Shown here one piece after another: positions 11,400 to 20,033 of a DNA stretch of 36,344 nucleotides. Source of the DNA: an uncultured Dehalococcoidia bacterium (lineage in GTDB: Bacteria > Chloroflexota > Dehalococcoidia > Lucifugimonadales > GCA-002694895). The notes below the pieces were generated by a model that saw nothing but the letters and a program-made list of their open reading frames with translations, made no database searches and was not told where the DNA came from. The stretch is from NCBI GenBank assembly GCA_964436345.1, contig CAYTCC010000002.1, positions 1 to 36,344 on the forward strand, given 5' to 3'. Position numbers and translations under genes: made by a program. Every line of letters begins with the position of its first letter. Position 1 is the first letter of the stretch.

Positions 11400-11428
11400 A
11401 TCATAAATAACATGTAGAATTGTGTCAA
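11400..11428 (-). promoter_or_regulatory. Sigma-70-type promoter for the T-box/ilv-leu transcript
   Basis: Minus strand reads TTGACA (plus 11423-11428), a 17-nt spacer, then TATGAT (plus 11400-11405), immediately upstream of the T-box stem I. The -35 is a perfect consensus, which stands out even in AT-rich DNA. Confidence 0.6.
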
Positions 11429-11484
11429 TTATCACAGAGGTTAAATATAGTTCAAGTTCTTAAATATACCAATTACAAGGAAAT

Positions 11485-12534
11485 ATGATGTATTTGCTGG
11501 AAAAATATAAGCAATTATTACCTATTAATGATAATACTCCTTTATTCAGTTTAGGAGAAGGTAACACTCCTTTAGTTAAATCTAATAATATTTTTAAAGA
11601 AATAGGGTGTAAAGAATTATATTTTAAACTTGAAGGATGTAATCCCACAGGATCTTTTAAAGACAGGGGGATGGTTATGGCTGTTTCAAAAGCTATAGAA
11701 AAAGGATCTAAAAAGATTATATGTGCTTCAACAGGAAATACTAGTGCATCAGCAGCAGCTTTTGGATCATATTGCGGATTAGAAACAATAGTGTTGATAC
11801 CTGAAGGAAAAATTGCTGTAGGTAAATTGACTCAAGCAGTAGCATATGGGGCAAAAATTGTTTCTATAAATGGGAATTTTGATCAGGCATTAAATTTAGT
11901 AAAAGAGATATCAGCACAACAAGAAGATATAGAGCTTGTTAATTCAATTAATCCAAATAGAATTCATGGGCAGAAAACTGGAGCTTTTGAAATTGTAGAT
12001 GAACTTGGATATGCTCCTGATGAAGTATTCATTCCTGTAGGAAATGCCGGAAACATCACTGCTTATTGGGATGGTTTTAAAATTTATAATGATTTGAATA
12101 CCTCTAATCTTCCTAAAATGATTGGATTTCAAGCAACAAATTCTGCACCAATAGTAAATAAAAAAATTATTGAAAATCCTGAAACAGTAGCAACTGCAAT
12201 TAGAATTGGAAATCCAGCAAGCTGGGAATTTGCTGAAAAAGCACTACATGAATCATCAGGACAAATAGATGCTATTGATGATGATAGAATTATTGAAGGA
12301 TATAAAGTGATAGCATCAATGGAAGGTATATTTGCAGAACCAGCTTCCTGTATTACTGTTGCAGGGCTTTATCATTTAAAGAAATTAGGATATGATTTCT
12401 CGGGAAAAACAATTGTTTGTATTTTGACAGGAAACGGATTAAAAGATTCTGATTTTGCAAATAATTATTTAGATTTTCAAATAAATAAAATAAATCCCGT
12501 ATTTGAAGAATTGAAAAACTTTTTACTATCATAA
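11485..12534 (+). CDS. thrC: Threonine synthase
   Basis: 349 aa. LGEGNTPLV, the PLP-lysine motif NPTGSFKDRGM, ICASTGNTSASAAAF, and GKLTQAVAYGAKIVSINGNFDQAL. The start is ATGATG with AAGGA 5 nt upstream. Confidence 0.9.
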   Translation: MMYLLEKYKQLLPINDNTPLFSLGEGNTPLVKSNNIFKEIGCKELYFKLEGCNPTGSFKDRGMVMAVSKAIEKGSKKIICASTGNTSASAAAFGSYCGLETIVLIPEGKIAVGKLTQAVAYGAKIVSINGNFDQALNLVKEISAQQEDIELVNSINPNRIHGQKTGAFEIVDELGYAPDEVFIPVGNAGNITAYWDGFKIYNDLNTSNLPKMIGFQATNSAPIVNKKIIENPETVATAIRIGNPASWEFAEKALHESSGQIDAIDDDRIIEGYKVIASMEGIFAEPASCITVAGLYHLKKLGYDFSGKTIVCILTGNGLKDSDFANNYLDFQINKINPVFEELKNFLLS

Positions 12535-12552
12535 TTTGTATAATCATTATTT

Positions 12553-13569
12553 ATGAATCCTTTAGTTAAAATAAATTGCATTGAATTGACATGGATTGAG
12601 TCAAAAGAAAAGGTGAATGAATGGGAAAATTTGTTAATTGAATCTGATTTCCCTCATCCTTTTTCTTCATTCACTTTTTATAATTCATGGGTTGAAACCT
12701 TTGTTGATGATTTGACTCAAATTAAAATGCTGTTCTTTTACAATGAAAATAAATTAGTAGGTATGGCTCCTGTTTTTATAGATCATAATAATAAAAATGT
12801 TTCTATATTAGGTGATAAAGATTTATTTGATTACCGTGACATAATTTATATATCTGGATTTTACGAAGAAATTTATATTGAATTTTTATCATATCTGAAA
12901 TTGCAACCATGGTTTCAGGGATACACAATTTTTATGCAGTCAATTCCAGAATCTTCTGAATTATTTAATTTGGTAAATACTGATAAATTAAATAATTTTG
13001 CGGATGTAGAAATTAAACAGGAAGATGTTACTCCAATATATGATGTTAATGGTGTATGGGATGATTATTTATTAGCTCTGAATAAAAAACAACGTCATGA
13101 AATCAGAAGGAAATTAAGAAAATTTGAATCCCAAGATTTTCAATTTAAACTTATTAGAAACAATGATGATTTGTCAGTATTTTTATCAGATTTTTATGAA
13201 TTGTTCATAAATAGCAGAGAAGATAAAAAAGAATTTCTAACAGAAGAACGTAAGACTTTTTTTAATAAAATGTTATTTGCTTTTGCTGAAAAAAACGAAT
13301 TGAAAATCCTTTCCTATTATGATGGCAATACTTTGATATCCGCATGCATAGTAATTGAATATGCAAATATATACTTTTTGTATAATAGTGCTTATTCTTT
13401 GGATTACAATTCGTACAGTGTTGGGTTAGTAAGTAAAATTATAGCTTTAAAACAATCAATAGAAAATAACAATCATGCTTTTAATTTTTTAAGAGGTAAT
13501 GAAAGATACAAATATGAATTAGGGGGCGAGGATATAAAATTGCACGAGATAAAATTATTAGTTAATTAG
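12553..13569 (+). CDS. CelD/BioF2-like (FemAB-fold, Acetyltransf_6-type) acyltransferase; substrate unknown
   Basis: 338 aa. The central LNKKQRHEIRRKLRKFE and C-terminal FNFLRGNERYKYELGG strings are, from memory, typical of the CelD-like GNAT/FemAB-fold family. It is co-directional with the GT4 gene, 11 nt upstream of it. Confidence 0.55.
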   Translation: MNPLVKINCIELTWIESKEKVNEWENLLIESDFPHPFSSFTFYNSWVETFVDDLTQIKMLFFYNENKLVGMAPVFIDHNNKNVSILGDKDLFDYRDIIYISGFYEEIYIEFLSYLKLQPWFQGYTIFMQSIPESSELFNLVNTDKLNNFADVEIKQEDVTPIYDVNGVWDDYLLALNKKQRHEIRRKLRKFESQDFQFKLIRNNDDLSVFLSDFYELFINSREDKKEFLTEERKTFFNKMLFAFAEKNELKILSYYDGNTLISACIVIEYANIYFLYNSAYSLDYNSYSVGLVSKIIALKQSIENNNHAFNFLRGNERYKYELGGEDIKLHEIKLLVN

Positions 13570-13580
13570 TATATTAATTT

Positions 13581-14795
13581 ATGAAAATATTAGTTATTTC
13601 TTATCACACATGTCCCGTTAATAAACTTGGAAGTAAAGATGCCGGAGGATTAAATATTTATCTTCATGAAATTTCTAAAGAATTAGGCACAACAGGTCAT
13701 GAAGTAGATATATTTACTAGAGAACATGATATTCATGACCCTCTAGAGATAGAAATTAATGATAATTCTAAAGTAGTTCATTTAGATGCCGGTGATTTAA
13801 GTGAAGTGAAACATCAGATGCATAATTTTATAGATTTGTTCACTGTAAATTTAATGAATTACATTACTGAACGAAATTTGCAATATGATTTGATTTATTC
13901 AAATTATTGGATGTCTGGAATGGTGGGGAAACTTATTTCAGAACAATTGAAAATTCCTCACATAATTACTTTTCATACAATGGGCCTCACTAAACGTACA
14001 GTTAATTATATGGAAAATGAAAGTGATTTCAGGATTGATAATGAATTAGATTTAATAAAAAAAAGTGATGCTATTATTGTACCAACATATCAGGAAAAAG
14101 AAAATTTGATTTTAAATTATAAAAATAAAAATAATATTTATATTGTTTCTCCTGGTGTTGATTTAGAAAAATTCAAATCTAAAAATAAATTTGAATCAAG
14201 GAAAAAATTAAGATTATCACAAACTAGCAAAATATTACTTTCAGTTGGTCGCCTTGAACCTTTGAAGGGTTATGATGTTTTAATAAATGCATTAAGTTTT
14301 TTGGATACAAACGATGATTTTGATGTGCAATTATTGATTATTGGTGGCGATGATAAATCAAAAAAAGAATTAGAAAGATTAAATTCTTTAAAATTGAAAC
14401 ATGGATTAAGTAAACGAGTAAATTTTTTAGGTGTAATTGATCATGATAAATTACCATTATATTTTTCAGCTGCAGATGTATTTGTAATGCCATCAGCTCA
14501 TGAGACATTTGGAATAGCTGCCTTGGAAGCAAGTGCATGTAATTTACCAGTGATTGCCCCACAAGTAGGAGGATTAAAATCTGTTGTCAAACATGCACAA
14601 ACAGGATTTTTATCAAATTCTAATAGATGCCCGGAATCTTTGATCCATTATTTGGAAATATTATTGAAAAATGAACCTTTAAGAGAACAATTTGGAATTA
14701 ACTCAAGATTACATGCTATGAATTATAGCTGGGAAAAATCATCAAAGGACTTAATATCTGTTTTTGAAGATGTATTATCTAAATGCCTCGTCTGA
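13581..14795 (+). CDS. GT4 glycosyltransferase, MshA-like (D-inositol-3-phosphate glycosyltransferase family)
   Basis: 404 aa. The N-terminus MKILVISYHTCPVNKLGSKDAGGLNIYLHEISKELGTTGHEVDIFTRE closely follows the MshA pattern (HTSP...PGTGDxGGMNVY...G.EVDIxTR). The C-terminal GT4 motif EX7E is present (ETFGIAALEA). The GT4 call is firm; the MshA subfamily call is moderate. Confidence 0.75.
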   Translation: MKILVISYHTCPVNKLGSKDAGGLNIYLHEISKELGTTGHEVDIFTREHDIHDPLEIEINDNSKVVHLDAGDLSEVKHQMHNFIDLFTVNLMNYITERNLQYDLIYSNYWMSGMVGKLISEQLKIPHIITFHTMGLTKRTVNYMENESDFRIDNELDLIKKSDAIIVPTYQEKENLILNYKNKNNIYIVSPGVDLEKFKSKNKFESRKKLRLSQTSKILLSVGRLEPLKGYDVLINALSFLDTNDDFDVQLLIIGGDDKSKKELERLNSLKLKHGLSKRVNFLGVIDHDKLPLYFSAADVFVMPSAHETFGIAALEASACNLPVIAPQVGGLKSVVKHAQTGFLSNSNRCPESLIHYLEILLKNEPLREQFGINSRLHAMNYSWEKSSKDLISVFEDVLSKCLV

Positions 14796-15581
14796 GAATT
14801 CATACCAATAACTTTCTTCGATATCTTCAAACCCATATTTTCTATATACATTTCTTGCACTTGCATTGTCAGCATCAACTTCCAAAATAAGATTGTGATA
14901 CTTATTTTTAATTAGAAAATTAATTGAACTTTTCAACAATTTTTTTGCTATTCCTTTTCCTCTTGATTGAGGAAGTGTTCCTATCATAGAAACATGTGCT
15001 ATTTTATGATTGTTTGTATTTTTTGTAAGCCAGATATATCCTTCAGGTTCATTGATTTCTTTGTAAAATAAAATTCCATCTTTAATATTATTATTCGATC
15101 GAATTTTGTTTTTAATTTCTTTTATTGAATTAGGAGAAAAACCCCAACTATCTATAAATGATGCATTTTGAATTAAGTGTAAATTATTGATCAAATGATT
15201 TTCATTTTTGATATTAACAATATGATTGGAATCTAATTCAGAATATGTTTTAGATTTTAATTTAACAAGATTGAGGTTCATTTTTTTATATGTTTTAACT
15301 GGTTTCATTGAGTTGTGGGGAGGTAGTTTGGATAATGATTTATTGAGTTGTATATGGATTACTTTATATTCATGGATATTTATATTGTGTTTATTTAGAA
15401 TTTGGCTGAATTTTGAATAGATTAACTTGAAATCCAATTCTTTATTGTTTTCAGATGAGTTTTTTTCAAGTTCTTTTGGTATTAAAACTATTCTTTTTAT
15501 TTTTGGTTCAAAGATGATTTCTATGTGCCCATTATGCAATGAATAATTTTCAATATCTGTAATAGGTATTATAATTTTCAT
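14775..15581 (-). CDS. GNAT N-acetyltransferase with an extra N-terminal domain (MshD/mycothiol synthase-like architecture, tentative)
   Basis: 268 aa. The C-terminal GNAT core has acetyl-CoA motif A, QSRGKGIAKKLL, then LILEVDADNASARNVYRKYGFE. The preceding IQNASF...GYIWLTKN segment parallels MshD (VNNAAF...GFHWTKV). The gene overlaps the GT4 3' end by 21 nt (convergent). Confidence 0.75.
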   Translation of the reverse strand: MKIIIPITDIENYSLHNGHIEIIFEPKIKRIVLIPKELEKNSSENNKELDFKLIYSKFSQILNKHNINIHEYKVIHIQLNKSLSKLPPHNSMKPVKTYKKMNLNLVKLKSKTYSELDSNHIVNIKNENHLINNLHLIQNASFIDSWGFSPNSIKEIKNKIRSNNNIKDGILFYKEINEPEGYIWLTKNTNNHKIAHVSMIGTLPQSRGKGIAKKLLKSSINFLIKNKYHNLILEVDADNASARNVYRKYGFEDIEESYWYEFSDEAFR

Positions 15582-15599
15582 TTAATTTTTCCTGACATA

Positions 15600-15824
15600 T
15601 TATTTTAGATATTTAGTTTTAGAAAAAGGATCGTTTGTTGCAAATATAATTTCTTCGTTTTCATGAATGTGTAAAAGTGCTCCTGCCTTTGTTTTTATTA
15701 TATCTATTGATATAAAGGTTTCTTTGGAATTCGTATGATTAAAAATATCATTCCAATAATATCCTTCTCTTTTTAATTTGTATTTTAAATTTTTTATATC
15801 ACTTATTTTAGAGTTGTTTTCCAT
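15600..15824 (-). CDS. Hypothetical small protein (74 aa)
   Basis: The ORF lies 18 nt upstream of the GNAT gene on the same strand and fills an otherwise empty gap. I recognise no family; the stretch GALLHIHENEEIIF is only vaguely cupin-like. It may not be coding. Confidence 0.3.
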   Translation of the reverse strand: MENNSKISDIKNLKYKLKREGYYWNDIFNHTNSKETFISIDIIKTKAGALLHIHENEEIIFATNDPFSKTKYLK

Positions 15825-15911
15825 GATTTTGTCGGTAATAATAATTTTATTGTTTATATTTATTATAAATTTTAATATTAAATTTGAATATTCAATTCAC
15901 AGGGAGTATAA

Positions 15912-17504
15912 ATGTTTGATGTATTAATAATAAATGGAAATTTAGTTGATGGTACAGGTAATAAGGCATCAAAAGTCGATATAGGGATTATTGCGGATAA
16001 AATTAATCAAATAGGAAATTTAAAAGATGCATCTGCCAAAAAAATAATTGATGGAAATGGAAAAACAATATCACCAGGTTTTATTGATACTCATGCTCAT
16101 TCAGATGCTGCATTACTTATTGACCCTATCCATGAAAATGGGATAAGGCAAGGAATAACTACTGAGATACTTGGACAAGATGGATTATCATATGCTCCTT
16201 TATCTAAAGAAAATTATTTATTAAATAAAAGGTATTTAGCTGGAATTTTGGGCAACCCTCCTGATGATTTAGATATGTCATCAGTAGAAAAATTCAGATC
16301 ACATTATGATCAAAAATGTAGTATAAATACTGTATACCCAGTTGCGCATGGAGCCTTAAGAATTGAAACTGTTGGATTTCTAGACATCCCTTTAGTAGGA
16401 GATGATATGAAAAAAGCAAAGCGGCTTTTATATAAATCTCTTGAAGAAGGAGCTGTTGGCTTAGCGACCGGGATGTCTTATTACCCTAACGCTTGGTCTG
16501 ATACAAAAGAATTAATTGAATTGTGTGAAGTTGTTAGCGATAGTTCAAAAGTTTATGTTACACATTTAAGAGACAGAAATACAGAAAGAGGTTTTGGAGG
16601 AGGGGGGATTTCAGAGGCTCTTGAAATCGGCAGGCAGTCTGGTGTGAAAGTTCACTTTTCGCATACAAGAACAAGTGCACTAAATGTAGGTCAAGTCCCT
16701 GAAATGATGAAAGATATTGATAAAGCAAAAAATGAAGGAATTGATGTCACTTTGGAATTATATCCTTATCCTACAGGTAGTACGTATCCTTTGAGTTTTT
16801 TACCTTCATTTGCTCACGAAGGTGGACCAGATGAAGTTATTAAAAAATTAAATGACCCAAATGAATTTGAAAAAATAGTAAGTACTATGATAGAAGAATT
16901 ATCTCCTTATAGAAGAGAAGCTTTTAATGATGCAGTGTTTTCTTATTCCCCTAATAATCCTGAATTAGAAGGTATGAGTCTTGTAGATTTAGCAAAAATG
17001 AATAATCAATCAGCAGAAGTAACATTATGCGAACTTCTAAGGGATAATAAATTACAACTTGGTTATAGGGGTGCACCTCCAATAAATGTTAATGTATGGT
17101 CTCAATTGAATGAAGATGCTATAAGTTTATTAAAACGTGATGATTACATGGTTGGTAGTGATGCTATTCCTATGGGTAAATATTGTCATCCAAGAGCTTA
17201 TGGATGTTTCCCTAGATTTTTAGGAAGATTAAGAAGATCTTACTGGGTAGACGGACTTGAAGAAATGGTTCAAAGAATGACTCAAAACCCTGCTGAAAGA
17301 TTTGGATTAATAGGCAGGGGAGTAATTAAAAAAGGTAATTTTGCTGACGTGGTTATTTTTGATGCTGATAACATCAATGATTTGGCAACGTATGATGATC
17401 CTATTCAGTATCCAGTAGGAATTGAACATGTTTTGGTAAATGGGGAATTAGTAGTAGAAAATAATCAAGTTACAGGGATTACACCAGGAAGAGCGATTCC
17501 TTAA
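15912..17504 (+). CDS. Amidohydrolase, N-acyl-D-amino-acid deacylase (D-aminoacylase) family
   Basis: 530 aa. The N-terminus DVLIINGNLVDGTG...DIGI..DKI..IG matches the family, with SPGFIDTHAHSD (the HxH metal site). The C-terminal GRGVIKKGNFADVVIFD is typical of D-aminoacylases. AGGGAG RBS upstream. Confidence 0.8.
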   Translation: MFDVLIINGNLVDGTGNKASKVDIGIIADKINQIGNLKDASAKKIIDGNGKTISPGFIDTHAHSDAALLIDPIHENGIRQGITTEILGQDGLSYAPLSKENYLLNKRYLAGILGNPPDDLDMSSVEKFRSHYDQKCSINTVYPVAHGALRIETVGFLDIPLVGDDMKKAKRLLYKSLEEGAVGLATGMSYYPNAWSDTKELIELCEVVSDSSKVYVTHLRDRNTERGFGGGGISEALEIGRQSGVKVHFSHTRTSALNVGQVPEMMKDIDKAKNEGIDVTLELYPYPTGSTYPLSFLPSFAHEGGPDEVIKKLNDPNEFEKIVSTMIEELSPYRREAFNDAVFSYSPNNPELEGMSLVDLAKMNNQSAEVTLCELLRDNKLQLGYRGAPPINVNVWSQLNEDAISLLKRDDYMVGSDAIPMGKYCHPRAYGCFPRFLGRLRRSYWVDGLEEMVQRMTQNPAERFGLIGRGVIKKGNFADVVIFDADNINDLATYDDPIQYPVGIEHVLVNGELVVENNQVTGITPGRAIP

Positions 17505-18853
17505 ATATTACTTTTAATTTCAGTAGCGATATTTCTTACTGATTCAACTAATTTGTTTAACTCATTTTCTGTTGTTTTAGTATTCAAAGCTCCTGCATTT
17601 TTAGTTTGCATAAGAACTCCGTTGTTTAATAATCCCATAAATAAAATTTTGGTTAATAAATTATCATTTTTGATAAATGATCTGTAATCTTCAATTTTAT
17701 TACTATTAAAATTTATTCCAAAAAGAGAGCCAATTCCTGTGATTTGATTATCTATTTCAAGTTCATCAAAAATAGAGTTTAATTTTGTTCTAAGTGCATC
17801 CCCCATTGAATTCATTTTCGTATATTTGTCTTTTGTTAATGCAGACATGACTGCAGCGCCTGCTTCCATAGTTAATGGGTTCCCATTAAATGTTCCTGCA
17901 TGAGATAATTTGTAATTATTACTTGAAGGATTTAATGTTTCCATTATTTCTTCTTTACCTCCAAAAGCTCCGACCGGTAATCCGCCGCCTATAATTTTGC
18001 CTAATGTTGTCATATCAGGGGTTATCCCAAAAACTTCTTGGGCACCACCCGGAGCGAGTCTATAACTTTGAATTTCATCATAGATTAAAATAATATCTAA
18101 TTCATTAGTTAGATCTCTTATAAATTGAAGGAAATTTGTTTTAAGTGGTAAATATCCTAATCCTGATATAACAGGTTCCATTATTAGGCATGCTAAATCT
18201 TCGCTGTGAGCATTTATAAGTTCTTTGCTTCTTTCAATATCATTATATGGAAGGACTATAACATCATTCAGTAAACTTTTAGGTTGTCCTGGATATTGCA
18301 ATATACCTGGATGAGTAGATTCTTTTAAATCTTTCGCTTTTGGAGATACACTAATAGATACATGATCATGTGTTCCATGATAACCACCTTCAAATTTTGC
18401 TATTTTATGTTTGTTTGTATATGCCCTGGCTGCCATGATAGCCATCATGGTTGCTTCTGTGCCTGAGTTAGTGAACCTTAGAGTTTCCATTGAAGGTGTT
18501 CTGTCAGTGATTAGTTTTGCTAGTTTTGCTTGCCCATCAGTTGGGGCACTATATGCAGTTCCTTTTTGAATTTGATCATTTAAAACATTTTTTACTTCAT
18601 TAGAAGAGTGTCCAAGTATGAGACTAGTAGCATTTATCATGAAATCAAGATAATTATTTCCGTCAATATCTGACATTATTGATCCATGTGCATTATCTGC
18701 GTAGAATGGATAAGGTTCCATCCATTGAGTAGTTCTTGTGCTTCCTCCTGGCATGTATTGTTCAGATATTTTTTGCATTTCATATGATTTCTGAGTTGTA
18801 GAAGTATATTGGTTCTTTTGTTTTTCTAGTAACTGATCTAGTTTCTCACTCAT
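17501..18853 (-). CDS. Class-III (HemL-like) PLP-dependent aminotransferase or aminomutase paralog; substrate unknown
   Basis: 450 aa. NSGTEATMMAIMAARAYT, KFEGGYHGTHD, and the PLP lysine in TTLGKIIGGGLPVGAFGG. The N-terminal MPGGSTRTTQW differs from the GGVNSPVRAF of genuine HemL. Confidence 0.85.
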   Translation of the reverse strand: MSEKLDQLLEKQKNQYTSTTQKSYEMQKISEQYMPGGSTRTTQWMEPYPFYADNAHGSIMSDIDGNNYLDFMINATSLILGHSSNEVKNVLNDQIQKGTAYSAPTDGQAKLAKLITDRTPSMETLRFTNSGTEATMMAIMAARAYTNKHKIAKFEGGYHGTHDHVSISVSPKAKDLKESTHPGILQYPGQPKSLLNDVIVLPYNDIERSKELINAHSEDLACLIMEPVISGLGYLPLKTNFLQFIRDLTNELDIILIYDEIQSYRLAPGGAQEVFGITPDMTTLGKIIGGGLPVGAFGGKEEIMETLNPSSNNYKLSHAGTFNGNPLTMEAGAAVMSALTKDKYTKMNSMGDALRTKLNSIFDELEIDNQITGIGSLFGINFNSNKIEDYRSFIKNDNLLTKILFMGLLNNGVLMQTKNAGALNTKTTENELNKLVESVRNIATEIKSNI

Positions 18854-18871
18854 TGTTTCACCGTAAATATA

Positions 18872-19981
18872 TTAGATAGAATCTATAATATAATTTCCAA
18901 TTGATCTGTTTTCAATAAAATAATCAGGGTTTTTAGTAGTGTTTATTCCTATCAAAGGTATTTTTGTTTCATATGTTGAGGCATGAGATCTTAAATCATT
19001 TGGAATTGAGGAAATATCAGAATTTCCGAATACAACTTCTTTTTCCCCTAATACCATTAAATCTCCTATTGCAGTAGAGTTTAGATTAAATTTATGTACT
19101 GCTTCAGATCTGGCTAGAACATCTTCAATACCATCTATACCTTTTAGCACTTTTTTAGATTCATTAAGATTCGAAAGATCATTGATATATACGTAAATAG
19201 ATCCTCCTAGATTAGAATGATGGATTTCATGCTTATCTTTAATAATCGGAATTGCTATAGAATGAATATTGTATTTATGTAGTTCGTTTTCTACATTAAT
19301 TAATTTAGTTTTATCAGACATTCCATGGTCAGCAGTGACAAATATTTGATAGCCTGGATTTTTATTTATTAATTCACAAATTGAGTCATCTATTAATTTT
19401 AAATGTTCTAATGACTCAGAGCTTTCAGGTTTAAATTTATGCATAGGATAATCTGTTAATGAAATATATGCAAAATCAGGGGATTTTTCATATATAAGCA
19501 TTGATGCTGTTGATATAGTCCAAGAATTTGCATATATAGTATATATACTCGGTGCGTCGCCAAACCTTTTTATTAAAAATTCGTCAGGATTTTCTGTAGA
19601 ATAGCTTAAATTATTTTTTAAATTATTATTTATTAATAGTGTTTTCAATTTATTTTTTGAAGTGGCTAATATACTTGTTAGATTTTTCTCATTGTAAATA
19701 TCAAAAATTGTTCTTGATTTGACAAATTTATTATCTTCTACATATGTACCCTGATTTAAACTTTTGGAATATTTGTAATTTGAACATATTTCATGTTTTG
19801 ATGGATAATCACCAGATATAATTGATAAATTATTAACATTTGTTACTGAGGGCATCATGCCTTTAACATGTTTTTCAAATGATTCTTTTTTTAAAGAAAT
19901 GAATTCCATTTTATGATAGTCAAGATATTCGTAGTCCCAGCCGTCAATGCATATAGTAATAAACTTGTTCATAATTACCAT
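18872..19981 (-). CDS. Alkaline-phosphatase-superfamily metalloenzyme, phosphonoacetate hydrolase (PhnA)-like
   Basis: 369 aa. ICIDGWDYEYL (metal Asp) and MPSVTNVNNLSIISGDYPSKHEICSN, i.e. the T-N-x-N-N nucleophile motif of PhnA rather than the TFPNH of NPPs. Also ISLTDYPMHKF, TADHGMS, IGDLMVLGE and LRSHAS. The pattern matches my recollection of PhnA sequences. The first M may be M4. Confidence 0.65.
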   Translation of the reverse strand: MVIMNKFITICIDGWDYEYLDYHKMEFISLKKESFEKHVKGMMPSVTNVNNLSIISGDYPSKHEICSNYKYSKSLNQGTYVEDNKFVKSRTIFDIYNEKNLTSILATSKNKLKTLLINNNLKNNLSYSTENPDEFLIKRFGDAPSIYTIYANSWTISTASMLIYEKSPDFAYISLTDYPMHKFKPESSESLEHLKLIDDSICELINKNPGYQIFVTADHGMSDKTKLINVENELHKYNIHSIAIPIIKDKHEIHHSNLGGSIYVYINDLSNLNESKKVLKGIDGIEDVLARSEAVHKFNLNSTAIGDLMVLGEKEVVFGNSDISSIPNDLRSHASTYETKIPLIGINTTKNPDYFIENRSIGNYIIDSI

Positions 19982-20033
19982 TGTGAATAGATATTTTTAA
20001 TTATAGAATATTTTTAAATATAGTTACTTAATT

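Noticed and set aside
17501-18853. Calling the class-III PLP enzyme hemL (glutamate-1-semialdehyde 2,1-aminomutase).
   Set aside because: The core and PLP-lysine region are HemL-like. However, the N-terminal substrate-gating segment is MPGGSTRTTQW instead of the conserved GGVNSPVRAF, and the gene sits in an operon with a PhnA-like hydrolase rather than with tetrapyrrole genes. It is kept as a paralog of unknown substrate.
18872-19981. Cofactor-independent phosphoglycerate mutase (ApgM/iPGM-type) as the identity of the AP-superfamily protein. This was tempting because gap and eno are in the window and no pgm is.
   Set aside because: The nucleophile motif is T-N-V-N-N with PhnA-like flanks, and the later blocks match PhnA rather than the Ser-nucleophile iPGM patterns. 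The gene is also not linked to eno-gap.
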